In this document: piece by piece, positions 1 through 11,331 of the stretch | Layout of the letters: each line of letters begins with the position of its first letter | How positions within the stretch are numbered: the stretch's first letter is position 1 | Assembly (NCBI RefSeq): GCF_003334405.1 | Contig: NZ_QOWM01000003.1 | Source: Escherichia coli | GTDB taxonomy: Bacteria; Pseudomonadota; Gammaproteobacteria; Enterobacterales; Enterobacteriaceae | Direction: 5' to 3' (one strand) | Length of the DNA: 64,000 nt | Notes under the pieces: model-generated | Told to the model about the DNA's origin: nothing | The model's input: the letters and a program-made list of their open reading frames with translations, nothing else | The model's database searches: none | Translations under genes and position numbers: made by a program

Positions 1-74
1 TGCGTTCAATTGGACTCGAACCAACGACCCCCACCATGTCAAGGTGGTGCTCTAACCAACTGAGCTATGAACGC
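1..74 (-). tRNA. valV: tRNA-Val (anticodon GAC), 3'-truncated by the window edge; the CCA end lies outside
   Basis: Reverse complement of 1..74 reads GCGTTCATAGCTCAGTTGGTTAGAGCACCACCTTGACATGGTGGGGGTCGTTGGTTCGAGTCCAATTGAACGCA, with cloverleaf-compatible acceptor stem, D-loop AGCTCAGTTGGTTAGAGC, anticodon loop CTTGACATG and T-loop GGTTCGAGTCC. Copy assignment (valV rather than valW) is by synteny with ydhQ. Confidence 0.93.
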
Positions 75-381
75 AACGTTGTAGGTGACAACGGGGACGA
101 ATATTAGCGGCAGAGTGGGAAGGTGGCAAGAGGCAAAACGTAATTTTCTGCGCTATTTCGACCGTTTGCAGAGCTTTTAAGCAAATTGGCTATATTTTGT
201 TGATTTGCAAGGGTGATTTTTATTCAGGATCGCATTTACATCTGATACAACCCAATAATTCGTGTATCAGAGTTTAAACAGAGTTGTTTGCCACCATCTC
301 AAATCTGTCGTGGATAAATCCTCCGTAGCCTTTACACTTAGGTAGCAATAAAGGCACACAGATGCAGCAAAGGAATAAATC

Positions 382-1638
382 ATGGGATCTGATGCGAAAA
401 ACTTGATGAGCGACGGGAACGTGCAAATTGTTAAGACCGGCGAGGTCATTGGCGCGACGCAACTTACTGAAGGCGAGTTGATTGTTGAAGCTGGCGGAAG
501 AGCCGAAAATACCGTGGTCACGGGGGCTGGCTGGTTGAAAGTGGCAACCGGTGGGATCGCCAAATGCACACAGTACGGTAACAATGGCACGCTATCGGTC
601 AGCGATGGTGCCATTGCCACAGATATTGTTCAGTCCGAGGGAGGCGCAATTAGTCTCTCTACGCTCGCTACGGTTAATGGCCGCCATCCCGAAGGTGAAT
701 TCAGCGTTGATAAAGGTTATGCCTGCGGTTTGTTGCTGGAAAATGGCGGTAACCTGCGTGTACTGGAAGGACATCGCGCGGAAAAAATCATTCTCGATCA
801 AGAGGGCGGCCTGTTGGTTAATGGGACAACCTCAGCGGTCGTGGTAGATGAAGGTGGTGAATTGTTGGTGTATCCAGGTGGGGAAGCCAGCAATTGTGAG
901 ATTAATCAGGGCGGCGTTTTTATGCTGGCCGGGAAAGCCAGTGATACGTTGCTTGCTGGTGGCACCATGAATAATCTCGGTGGTGAAGACTCTGACACTA
1001 TTGTTGAGAATGGATCCATTTATCGTCTGGGGACGGATGGCCTTCAGCTCTACAGTTCCGGTAAGACGCAAAACCTGTCCGTGAATGTGGGTGGTCGGGC
1101 TGAAGTGCATGCCGGTACGCTGGAAAACGCGGTAATACAAGGTGGGACAGTGATCCTGTTGTCACCCACCAGCGCGGACGAAAATTTTGTCGTAGAGGAA
1201 GATCGCGCACCGGTTGAACTGACCGGGAGTGTTGCATTACTGGACGGCGCTTCAATGATTATTGGTTATGGCGCAGAGCTGCAACAATCAACGATTACTG
1301 TACAGCAGGGCGGTGTGTTGATTCTAGACGGCAGTACGGTAAAAGGTGACGGTGTCACTTTCATTGTTGGTAACATCAATCTGAATGGTGGAAAACTGTG
1401 GCTGATCACTGATGCGGCAACGCATGTGCAACTGAAAGTGAAACGCCTGCGCGGAGAGGGAGCGATTTGCCTGCAAACCAGTGCAAAAGAAATTTCACCT
1501 GACTTCATCAATGTGAAAGGGGAAGTTACCGGGGATATACACGTTGAGATAACAGATGCCAGTCGGCAAACTCTGTGTAACGCTCTGAAATTACAGCCAG
1601 ACGAAGACGGGATTGGCGCAACGCTCCAGCCTGCGTAA
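382..1638 (+). CDS. ydhQ: Autotransporter-passenger-like (adhesin-related) protein, 418 aa; no obvious N-terminal signal peptide or C-terminal beta-barrel
   Basis: Full-length ORF with a Gly/Val/Thr-rich repetitive beta-helix-like sequence; position between tRNA-Val and mdtK matches K-12 ydhQ. Confidence 0.85.
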   Translation: MGSDAKNLMSDGNVQIVKTGEVIGATQLTEGELIVEAGGRAENTVVTGAGWLKVATGGIAKCTQYGNNGTLSVSDGAIATDIVQSEGGAISLSTLATVNGRHPEGEFSVDKGYACGLLLENGGNLRVLEGHRAEKIILDQEGGLLVNGTTSAVVVDEGGELLVYPGGEASNCEINQGGVFMLAGKASDTLLAGGTMNNLGGEDSDTIVENGSIYRLGTDGLQLYSSGKTQNLSVNVGGRAEVHAGTLENAVIQGGTVILLSPTSADENFVVEEDRAPVELTGSVALLDGASMIIGYGAELQQSTITVQQGGVLILDGSTVKGDGVTFIVGNINLNGGKLWLITDAATHVQLKVKRLRGEGAICLQTSAKEISPDFINVKGEVTGDIHVEITDASRQTLCNALKLQPDEDGIGATLQPA

Positions 1639-1645
1639 AAATACA

Positions 1646-1678
1646 GGCGCAACCCGTGAAGGTTGCGCCTTGTCTTTA

Positions 1679-1680
<2 letters not shown>
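1646..1680. terminator. Bidirectional rho-independent terminator between convergent ydhQ and mdtK
   Basis: Hairpin GGCGCAACC-CGTGAA-GGTTGCGCC followed by TTGTCTTTATT on the + strand; a T-run (revcomp of TAAAAATACAG) follows it on the - strand. Confidence 0.6.
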
Positions 1681-3073
<1,393 letters not shown>

Positions 3074-3266
3074 TTATATGAGAGACTAAAAAGCCGCCTG
3101 AATGGGCAGCAAAAAGAAGAAGCAGGGGAAATTCAGTCTATTGTAGCGAGGATTTATTAATTCTCCAGTGAAAAAATAGCCATTCTTACCCCTTCACTGG
3201 TAAGGGCGTTTTCCACCTGCTATTGTGCTGAACAGAATGTCTTAACTGATTTCAGGAGTTGTAAGT

Positions 3267-3908
3267 ATGTTTACGGGGATTGTACAGGGCACCGCAAAAC
3301 TGGTGTCGATTGACGAGAAACCAAATTTTCGTACGCATGTGGTGGAGTTACCCGACCACATGCTGGACGGCCTGGAAACCGGTGCTTCCGTGGCGCATAA
3401 CGGTTGCTGCCTGACCGTGACGGAAATTAACGGCAACCATGTCAGTTTTGACCTGATGAAAGAAACGTTACGCATTACCAATCTTGGCGATTTAAAAGTG
3501 GGGGATTGGGTAAACGTTGAGCGTGCGGCGAAATTCAGTGATGAAATTGGCGGACACTTAATGTCAGGTCATATTATGACCACTGCTGAAGTGGCGAAAA
3601 TATTAACCTCAGAAAATAATCGCCAGATCTGGTTTAAAGTCCAGGATAGTCAGTTGATGAAATATATTCTGTACAAAGGATTTATTGGCATCGACGGTAT
3701 TAGCCTGACCGTCGGCGAAGTCACGCCAACGCGTTTTTGCGTCCATTTAATTCCGGAAACACTGGAACGCACGACTCTTGGGAAGAAAAAACTTGGCGCA
3801 CGCGTCAACATTGAAATCGATCCACAAACTCAGGCAGTGGTAGATACGGTAGAACGTGTGCTGGCGGCACGAGAAAATGCCATGAATCAACCAGGCACAG
3901 AAGCCTGA
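3267..3908 (+). CDS. ribC: Riboflavin synthase alpha subunit, 213 aa
   Basis: [51 protein letters not shown]... shows the internally duplicated lumazine-binding fold typical of riboflavin synthase (ribC, also called ribE). Confidence 0.95.
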   Translation: MFTGIVQGTAKLVSIDEKPNFRTHVVELPDHMLDGLETGASVAHNGCCLTVTEINGNHVSFDLMKETLRITNLGDLKVGDWVNVERAAKFSDEIGGHLMSGHIMTTAEVAKILTSENNRQIWFKVQDSQLMKYILYKGFIGIDGISLTVGEVTPTRFCVHLIPETLERTTLGKKKLGARVNIEIDPQTQAVVDTVERVLAARENAMNQPGTEA

Positions 3909-3914
3909 TCTGAA

Positions 3915-3937
3915 ATCGCCCCCGGAGAGGGGGCGAT
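3915..3937. terminator. Bidirectional terminator hairpin between convergent ribC and cfa
   Basis: ATCGCCCCC-GGAGA-GGGGGCGAT perfect GC-rich hairpin immediately after the ribC stop and before the cfa stop. Confidence 0.55.
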
Positions 3938-3947
3938 AGAATAGCCT

Positions 3948-5096
3948 TTAGCGAGCCACTCGAAGGCCGTTTTCAACACCGCGTGAGAACACGACCTGCC
4001 AGAGCTGAATATCACGGGCGCGGAAAGCACCTGCACAGGCATTCAGATAATAGGTAAACATTCGTTTAAAGCGTTCACTATAGTTATCCGCAATTTCTGG
4101 CCATGCGGCGAGGAATCGTTCATACCACGCCATCAACGTAGTATCGTAATCAGCACCGAAGTTATGCCAGTCTTCCATCACAAAGTGGGGTTCGCTGGAC
4201 TGAGCAATCTGGCGTACAGAGGGCAGGCAACCGTTCGGAAAAATATATTTATTAATCCAGGGATCAACATTCAGATCGGTTTTTTTCGAACCGATAGTAT
4301 GGAGCAGGAATATGCCTTCCGGTTTCAAATTACGATCCACCACCGCAAAATAGGTATCGTAATTTTTCGGTCCGACGTGCTCGAACATCCCCACAGAAAC
4401 AATACGATCAAACTGGTCGTTCAGGTCACGATAATCTTGCAGCAAAATGGTGACATCCAGGCCTTCACAGCGTTCCTGAGCCATTTTTTGCTGTTCGGCA
4501 GAAATGGTGACGCCCACCACGCTTACGTCATAATTAGATGCCATGTAGTGTGCCAGTCCGCCCCAGCCGCAGCCAATATCCAGTACGCGCATCCCTGGTT
4601 TTAACTGCAATTTTTCACAAATCATTTTGAGCTTCGCCTGCTGGGCAGATTCCAGATTATCGGCATCTTTCCAGTAAGCGCAGGAATATTGCATGAAGGG
4701 ATCAAGCATGCGGCTGAACAAGTCATTACCCAAATCGTAATGCTCTTTGCCGACTATCCAGGCACGTTTTTTACTCTGCAGATTGAAGAGACGAGCGCCG
4801 GCAATACGCAGCGTGTCTTTGAAATGATGGGGGAGTTGGTTCTCGAGACCTGCGCGTAAGACTTTGCTAAAAAACATATCCAGTCGGTCACATTCCCACC
4901 AGCCATCCATATAACTTTCGCCTAACCCCAAAGAGCCTTCTTGCAGAACGCGTTTAAAAAAATCGGGGTTTTTCACACGAATATCCGCCGGGGCAGAACC
5001 GTTAATGGCTATACCGGCACGGCTAAGTAATTCGTTGGCGATACGGTACCAGTTGTCATCCGGTACACTGACTTCTTCTATACACGATGAACTCAT
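3948..5096 (-). CDS. cfa: Cyclopropane-fatty-acyl-phospholipid synthase, 382 aa
   Basis: ORF carries the SAM-binding motif VLDIGCGWGGLA and is full length for Cfa. Confidence 0.96.
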   Translation of the reverse strand: MSSSCIEEVSVPDDNWYRIANELLSRAGIAINGSAPADIRVKNPDFFKRVLQEGSLGLGESYMDGWWECDRLDMFFSKVLRAGLENQLPHHFKDTLRIAGARLFNLQSKKRAWIVGKEHYDLGNDLFSRMLDPFMQYSCAYWKDADNLESAQQAKLKMICEKLQLKPGMRVLDIGCGWGGLAHYMASNYDVSVVGVTISAEQQKMAQERCEGLDVTILLQDYRDLNDQFDRIVSVGMFEHVGPKNYDTYFAVVDRNLKPEGIFLLHTIGSKKTDLNVDPWINKYIFPNGCLPSVRQIAQSSEPHFVMEDWHNFGADYDTTLMAWYERFLAAWPEIADNYSERFKRMFTYYLNACAGAFRARDIQLWQVVFSRGVENGLRVAR

Positions 5097-5386
5097 AGTT
5101 TCTCCATCACTGGTCGGTGATCAGAACCTTAAAACAGCGTAGACGCTTTTTGGGCTTTGTGAGAAATCTCGCAGAAAAAACCGCGAGTCTATAATCCGAC
5201 GTAGAACAGAGGGAAAGGAGGAACCCTTGCCGAAATGACTATCCATAGTGAGTCGGGAACGATCCTGTCCCCGTAAAAACATAATATTTATCGTAGCTTT
5301 AACAACTCGAAATTAGTATAGGCCGCTAATTTCAATCATACAACAAAATTTTGTTAGCAGCCTAAGTATAAGTATATCGATATAGA

Positions 5387-6598
5387 TCAGTGTGATTCGC
5401 TATGAGCGACTTCGGCATTGCCATGATTCTGGCAGCCAACTTCTTCACAACGTTGCATCATGTAACCCAGCGCGACCAGCACTACTGTTGATAACATCAC
5501 GCTGGTGGTGGTGAGCAATGGCGTGCTGATACTGATCAGCCAGGAAACTACCAGACTTGCGAGGAAGCACAGACCCAGTTGAAGAGTGTTCTGCAACGCT
5601 GCGGCGCGACCAGTTGCGTGTGGGAAGGGACGCAGCGCCTGGGCGACAACAATAGGGTAGATCGCGCCATTGGCAATCGCCATCACACAGAATGGGATCA
5701 GGATTTCGACCAGCGACACATGGCTAATGAAGCCCGCAGCCCAGGTCGCAATGACGCTGACAGCAAACAGCACCAGCAACCACGGTAATAACTGCTTGCC
5801 TTGCCATTTCTGCAGCGCGGCGCGACAGCCATAACCACCAATCAGAAACGCGATAGTTTGCGGGACATAACTTAAACCAATAACTGCCGGGTTGTAGCCC
5901 ATTTCACTAAGGATGAACGGTGAACCGGTCAGCCATGCAAAAAAACTGGCTGAACAGGCTGCGTATATCAGCACGTTGCCGCGATAGGTTTTAGAACGTA
6001 GCAGGTCGGTAAAGGTCAGACCATCCTGACTATTGTTACGGGCCTTCGTCGTGGGTTTGAGCCAGAAAATAGGCAGAATCAGCACCACGGTAATGGCAAA
6101 CAGGGTGGCGAAAATCGCCTGCCAGGAAAAATGGACCAGCAGCCAGCTTCCTAACAGAGGAGCCAGTGCCGGAGATAGACCCACCAGCGGCATGATGGTC
6201 GCAAAAATACGGTTAACTTTCTGTGAAGGATAATAATCTGTCACTAATGCTTGCCAGATAACCGCCGCGGCGCAGACACCCACAGCCTGTACAAAACGCA
6301 ATACCAGCAGCGTAGCGGCGTTTTCTACCCACAGCATCCCCAGACTACCTAACGCAAAAATTGTCAGGCCGATTAATAATACCGGTTTACGACCATAACG
6401 GTCGGAGAGCGGCCCCCACAGAAGCTGGGCTGCGGCAAAACCGGCAAGGAACAGACTAAGGCTGGCACTGACAGCAGACGCAGGCGTTTGCAGGTCGGCC
6501 TGTATGGCGGCGAAAGCAGGCAGATACATATCGGTTGCCAGAAAACCGAGTACGCTCAAACCCGCCAGCCAGACTAAAAATCTTTTCCCAGGTTGCAT
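5387..6598 (-). CDS. ydhC: MFS transporter (purine nucleoside exporter PunC/YdhC), 403 aa
   Basis: 12-TM MFS-like ORF, divergent from the LysR regulator ydhB as in K-12. Confidence 0.9.
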   Translation of the reverse strand: MQPGKRFLVWLAGLSVLGFLATDMYLPAFAAIQADLQTPASAVSASLSLFLAGFAAAQLLWGPLSDRYGRKPVLLIGLTIFALGSLGMLWVENAATLLVLRFVQAVGVCAAAVIWQALVTDYYPSQKVNRIFATIMPLVGLSPALAPLLGSWLLVHFSWQAIFATLFAITVVLILPIFWLKPTTKARNNSQDGLTFTDLLRSKTYRGNVLIYAACSASFFAWLTGSPFILSEMGYNPAVIGLSYVPQTIAFLIGGYGCRAALQKWQGKQLLPWLLVLFAVSVIATWAAGFISHVSLVEILIPFCVMAIANGAIYPIVVAQALRPFPHATGRAAALQNTLQLGLCFLASLVVSWLISISTPLLTTTSVMLSTVVLVALGYMMQRCEEVGCQNHGNAEVAHSESH

Positions 6599-6710
6599 GT
6601 ATATTCTCTAAATCTCTCAATTAAACACCGCCGCAAAGTGTAGGGAGTGAAATTAGTGTTGTGAAACGGTAATATTTGATGACTGGTTTCAAAAATTTTG
6701 CAGGCAGACT

Positions 6711-7643
6711 ATGTGGTCAGAATATTCACTCGAAGTTGTTGATGCGGTAGCGCGTAATGGTAGTTTTAGCGCTGCGGCACAGGAGCTGCATCGCGTTCCT
6801 TCTGCGGTCAGCTATACCGTGCGTCAGCTGGAAGAGTGGCTGGCGGTGCCGCTCTTTGAACGACGGCACCGTGATGTGGAGCTGACCGCTGCTGGAGCGT
6901 GGTTTCTCAAAGAAGGGCGCTCTGTTGTCAAAAAAATGCAGATCACCCGCCAGCAATGTCAGCAGATAGCGAACGGCTGGCGCGGTCAGTTAGCTATCGC
7001 AGTGGATAATATTGTCAGGCCAGAACGTACACGGCAGATGATCGTTGATTTTTATCGCCATTTTGATGATGTCGAACTTCTTGTCTTTCAGGAAGTGTTC
7101 AACGGTGTCTGGGATGCGCTTTCCGACGGGCGCGTGGAACTGGCGATTGGCGCAACACGCGCGATTCCGGTAGGCGGTCGTTATGCCTTCCGGGATATGG
7201 GGATGCTAAGCTGGAGTTGCGTTGTTGCCAGTCACCACCCGCTGGCGTTGATGGATGGCCCGTTCAGCGATGATACGTTGCGCAACTGGCCGTCGTTGGT
7301 GCGCGAAGACACCTCGCGAACGCTACCTAAACGTATTACCTGGTTGCTGGATAACCAAAAAAGAGTTGTCGTGCCTGACTGGGAATCATCGGCAACCTGT
7401 ATCTCGGCAGGATTATGCATAGGGATGGTGCCAACACATTTCGCCAAACCGTGGCTTAATGAGGGGAAGTGGGTAGCATTAGAACTGGAAAACCCCTTTC
7501 CGGATTCGGCATGTTGTCTGACATGGCAGCAAAATGATATGTCGCCTGCGTTAACCTGGTTGCTTGAGTATCTCGGCGATAGTGAGACGCTGAATAAGGA
7601 GTGGCTGCGGGAGCCGGAAGAGACTCCCGCAACGGGTGATTAA
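6711..7643 (+). CDS. ydhB: LysR-family transcriptional regulator (PunR/YdhB), 310 aa
   Basis: N-terminal helix-turn-helix ([36 protein letters not shown]) followed by a LysR substrate-binding domain; divergent from ydhC. Confidence 0.9.
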
Positions 7644-8665
7644 CGACGATAGTCGCGGAACGGGCCGTCAGCCACGGAGCGGCGTTCAATCAAGCGCGGA
7701 TGCACTTCAATAGACTGCGGTTCTTCACGTTTGTTGACGATACGATCCAACAGCATGTTGAACGCTGTTTCACCCAGCGAATCTTTTGGCTGATGGATCG
7801 TGGTCAGCGCCGGCGTAAAATAGCGCGCGTTGCGCACGTTATCATAACCGATCAGCGAAACATCCTGCGGGACGCGCAGGCCCATTTCATCAGCAGCACA
7901 AAGTGCGCCCATTGCCATGATATCGCCACCACAGAAGACGGCAGTAGGGCGATGCGGCTGCGACAGGATTTGCTGCATGGCGCGATAACCGGATTCAGGT
8001 TCAAAGTCACCCTGCACAATCCAGCTTTCCGGCACCTTGATCATCGCTTCTTCCATCGCCTTCATAAAACCGGCAAGGCGGCCTGCGCCGGTGTTACGTT
8101 CCAGCGGGCCGGGGATGACGCCGATTTCGCGGTGACCGCGTTCAATCAGATAACGCCCGGCCATGTAGCCGCCTTCGAACGCGTTATCAATGACCGCATC
8201 GGTGAAGTCAGCTTTTGCTTCACCCCAGTCCATGACCACCATTGGGATATGGCGATACTCTTCCAGCATCGCCAGCAACGGCTCTGGGTACTCAGAACAC
8301 ATCACCAGCAGACCATCGACGCGTTTTTGCGCCATCATCGACAGATAAGCCCGCTGTTTCTCAAGATTGTTCCACGCATTGCCCAGAATCAGGGTGTAAC
8401 CTTTCTGGAAGCAATTTTTTTCAACTGCTTCAATGATCTCGGCAAAATAGGCCGCTTCGCTGCTGGTCGCCAGCAAACCGATAGACTTGGTGTGGTTAAC
8501 CTTCAGGCTACGCGCCACCGCGCTAGGGGAGTAGTGTAATTCTTTAATCGCTGCCCACACGGCGTTGCGCGTTTCTTCAGCGACGAAACGTGTTTTGTTG
8601 ATCACGTGTGACACAGTTGTAGTGGAAACGTTTGCTCGTTTCGCTACATCTTTTATTGTTGCCAT
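7640..8665 (-). CDS. purR: Purine repressor PurR (LacI family), 341 aa
   Basis: [56 protein letters not shown]...; overlaps the ydhB stop by 4 nt in convergent orientation. Confidence 0.97.
8623..8638. promoter_or_regulatory. PUR-box-like operator inside the 5' end of the purR coding region (autoregulation site O2)
   Basis: TGGAAACGTTTGCTCG contains the GCAAACGTTT half-palindrome core of the PurR operator (revcomp CGAGCAAACGTTTCCA). Confidence 0.6.
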
Positions 8666-8709
8666 TCCATTTCACTCCAGACCCTAACTTCAGCTCCTGC
8701 AAAATCGCA

Positions 8710-8725
8710 AGGTAAACGTTTGCCT
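8710..8725. promoter_or_regulatory. PUR-box operator in the purR 5' leader (autoregulation site O1)
   Basis: AGGTAAACGTTTGCCT (revcomp AGGCAAACGTTTACCT) matches the PurR operator consensus aCGCAAACGTTTtCnT, about 45 bp upstream of the purR start. Confidence 0.7.
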
Positions 8726-8963
8726 TTACACACCTTACGCACAACAAAAGTGTTGCGGTACGCCGGAAAAACGACACGGAGCGTCAGGAAGGGGTCAATG
8801 GCCAGTACGCAAATAGTGTAAGCGTGGAATTTTGGCCGATCTTGACGAAAAGGGGAAGTGGTAAAAACACTTATCATTATAAATGACGGGAGATTTTTTC
8901 ATCACAGTGTGTAAAAATGCGTAATATCACTTTTTGTGTGGTAATAAAAAAGGAGAAAACTTG

Positions 8964-9053
8964 ATGAGCACCGACCTTAAATTTTCACTGGTAACAACGA
9001 TTATCGTCCTCGGTTTGATCGTAGCCGTGGGTTTGACTGCCGCGCTGCACTGA
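8964..9053 (+). CDS. ynhF: Small membrane protein YnhF, 29 aa
   Basis: ATG at 8964 preceded by the AGGAGA Shine-Dalgarno; translation MSTDLKFSLVTTIIVLGLIVAVGLTAALH is a single TM helix. Too short for the supplied ORF track. Confidence 0.8.
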   Translation: MSTDLKFSLVTTIIVLGLIVAVGLTAALH

Positions 9054-9218
9054 TTTCCTCTCGAGGGAGCGCGTTCTCCCTCGCATCTCCTTCCTGTTTG
9101 TTAGCAAAATGGCAAAAGTGTTTTCTCTTTTTGTTATTTTCATTTTTTTGTGATTGCTGTCATGCTTTCGCCACTTTAATGAATATCGCGTAATGACGCG
9201 AAGAGGTGGAGATAAGGC

Positions 9219-10388
9219 ATGAAAATTAACTATCCGTTGCTGGCGCTGGCGATTGGCGCGTTTGGTATCGGGACAACGGAGTTCTCGCCAATGGGCTTGT
9301 TGCCCGTCATTGCGCGCGGTGTGGATGTCTCGATTCCCGCTGCCGGAATGTTAATCAGTGCCTATGCAGTTGGCGTAATGGTTGGCGCGCCGCTGATGAC
9401 GCTTCTACTTTCTCATCGTGCCCGCCGCAGTGCGTTGATTTTCCTGATGGCAATTTTCACGCTCGGCAACGTACTTTCCGCCATCGCGCCGGATTATATG
9501 ACCCTGATGCTTTCACGCATTTTGACCAGCCTGAATCACGGAGCATTTTTTGGTTTGGGTTCAGTCGTGGCCGCAAGCGTGGTGCCAAAACATAAACAGG
9601 CCAGCGCAGTTGCCACTATGTTTATGGGGTTAACCCTGGCAAATATCGGTGGCGTGCCGGCGGCGACCTGGTTGGGTGAAACCATCGGCTGGCGGATGTC
9701 ATTTCTGGCAACGGCGGGGCTGGGAGTGATTTCAATGGTAAGTCTGTTCTTCTCATTACCTAAAGGTGGTGCAGGGGCACGACCTGAAGTGAAAAAAGAG
9801 CTGGCGGTATTAATGCGTCCGCAGGTGCTGTCTGCATTGCTGACGACGGTACTGGGAGCTGGTGCAATGTTTACTCTCTACACCTATATCTCTCCGGTAC
9901 TGCAAAGTATTACCCACGCAACACCGGTGTTCGTCACGGCAATGCTGGTGCTGATTGGTGTCGGATTCTCTATCGGTAACTATCTCGGCGGCAAACTGGC
10001 AGATCGTTCAGTTAACGGCACGTTGAAAGGCTTTTTGTTGTTGTTGATGGTGATTATGCTGGCAATCCCGTTCCTGGCCCGCAATGAGTTCGGCGCAGCT
10101 ATTAGCATGGTGGTGTGGGGCGCAGCAACCTTTGCGGTCGTACCGCCGTTACAGATGCGCGTGATGCGTGTCGCCAGTGAAGCGCCAGGTCTGTCTTCAT
10201 CAGTCAATATTGGTGCCTTTAATCTTGGAAATGCGCTGGGAGCAGCTGCTGGTGGTGCGGTAATTTCCGCTGGGCTGGGATACAGCTTTGTGCCGGTGAT
10301 GGGAGCGATTGTCGCGGGACTGGCATTATTGCTGGTGTTTATGTCAGCCAGAAAACAACCTGAAACAGTTTGCGTTGCTAACAGCTAA
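9219..10388 (+). CDS. ydhP: MFS transporter YdhP, 389 aa
   Basis: 12-TM MFS-like ORF; a GAGGTGGAGATAAGGC ribosome-binding region precedes the ATG. Confidence 0.92.
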   Translation: MKINYPLLALAIGAFGIGTTEFSPMGLLPVIARGVDVSIPAAGMLISAYAVGVMVGAPLMTLLLSHRARRSALIFLMAIFTLGNVLSAIAPDYMTLMLSRILTSLNHGAFFGLGSVVAASVVPKHKQASAVATMFMGLTLANIGGVPAATWLGETIGWRMSFLATAGLGVISMVSLFFSLPKGGAGARPEVKKELAVLMRPQVLSALLTTVLGAGAMFTLYTYISPVLQSITHATPVFVTAMLVLIGVGFSIGNYLGGKLADRSVNGTLKGFLLLLMVIMLAIPFLARNEFGAAISMVVWGAATFAVVPPLQMRVMRVASEAPGLSSSVNIGAFNLGNALGAAAGGAVISAGLGYSFVPVMGAIVAGLALLLVFMSARKQPETVCVANS

Positions 10389-10451
10389 TTAAACAAAAAC
10401 GCAGAAGGATAACCTTCTGCGTTACAGTTGCTGACAACGTGCGATTTATCT

Positions 10452-10612
10452 TGCCGGATGCGGTGTTAACGACTCATCCGCGTTGACATGAAAAGACGCG
10501 TTAGGCGTCGTATCATGCAGCGCTTGTCGGATGCGGCGAGTGCCTTATCCGACCTACATCGATGATCCGCGTAGGCCTGATAAGCGTAGCGCTTCAGGCA
10601 ATGCTGCATTTG
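10452..10612. repeat. REP/BIME cluster (about three REP units) between the convergent ydhP and sodB
   Basis: GCCGGATGCGGTG..., GTCGGATGCGGCGAGTGCCTTATCCGACCTAC and GTAGGCCTGATAAGCGTAGCGCTTCAGGC are canonical E. coli REP palindromic units; a ydhP terminator hairpin (CGCAGAAGG-ATAA-CCTTCTGCG) lies just upstream at 10398..10420. Confidence 0.85.
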
Positions 10613-10622
10613 CCATCAGTTA

Positions 10623-11204
10623 TTATGCAGCGAGATTTTTCGCTACGAATTCCCAGTTCACCAGCGCCCAGAAGTGCTCCAGATAGCCAGGACGTGCATT
10701 GCGATAGTCGATGTAATAAGCGTGTTCCCAGACATCAACGGTCAGCAGCGGAGTCGCATCGGTGGTCAGCGGAGTACCCGCGTTAGAGGTTGAAACGATA
10801 GCCAGTTTGCCATCGCTGTTTTTCACCAGCCAGGTCCAGCCAGAACCAAAGTTTTTGATCGCTGCATCAGTAAACTGCGCTTTGAAATCGGCAAAGCTGC
10901 CAAAAGATGCGGCGATAGCTTCAGCGACTTTTCCAGTCGGTTCGCCACCGGCGTTCGGTGCCAGGCAGTTCCAGTAGAAAGTATGGTTCCAGACCTGAGC
11001 TGCGTTGTTGAATACGCCACCTTCAGAGCTGCGAATAATCTCTTCCAGTGATTTACCTTCAAACGCGGTACCTTTAATCAGGTTGTTCAGGTTAGTGACA
11101 TAAGTCTGATGGTGCTTGCCGTAGTGATACTCGATGGTTTCCGCAGAAATGTGCGGTGCCAGAGCATCTTTAGCATATGGTAGTGCAGGTAATTCGAATG
11201 ACAT
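10623..11204 (-). CDS. sodB: Iron superoxide dismutase, 193 aa
   Basis: [36 protein letters not shown]... with the D-x-W-E-H-A-Y-Y motif. Confidence 0.98.
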   Translation of the reverse strand: MSFELPALPYAKDALAPHISAETIEYHYGKHHQTYVTNLNNLIKGTAFEGKSLEEIIRSSEGGVFNNAAQVWNHTFYWNCLAPNAGGEPTGKVAEAIAASFGSFADFKAQFTDAAIKNFGSGWTWLVKNSDGKLAIVSTSNAGTPLTTDATPLLTVDVWEHAYYIDYRNARPGYLEHFWALVNWEFVAKNLAA

Positions 11205-11331
11205 TGCTACTCTCCTTTATTATTAATTTGCATACGTACAATAGCCTTATTGTGCGTATGGATAGGGTAGCAAATTAAAAGGTGAGACAAAAGATGAACT
11301 TACCCTGTTGCCGTAACAACAGGGTAAAGTT

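Noticed and set aside
1-400. Possible integrative element at the tRNA-Val gene
   Set aside because: No integrase, excisionase or direct repeat of the tRNA 3' end is present downstream; the adjacent genes (ydhQ, mdtK, ribC) are core genes in the expected order.
267-620. 117-aa - strand ORF overlapping the ydhQ start
   Set aside because: Overlaps the ydhQ 5' end and the tRNA promoter region; no ribosome-binding site or recognisable domain; likely spurious.
7700-8539. 279-aa His/Arg-rich ORF on the + strand
   Set aside because: Fully antisense to purR, which is recognisable along its whole length; the composition is typical of antisense reading of a GC-balanced gene.
10452-10612. CRISPR-like repeated palindromes
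   Set aside because: The repeats are REP/BIME units (GCCGGATGCGGCG, GCCTGATAAGCGTAGCGC), irregularly spaced, inverted relative to each other and without unique spacers; the same applies at 54963..55067. No cas genes are present in the window.
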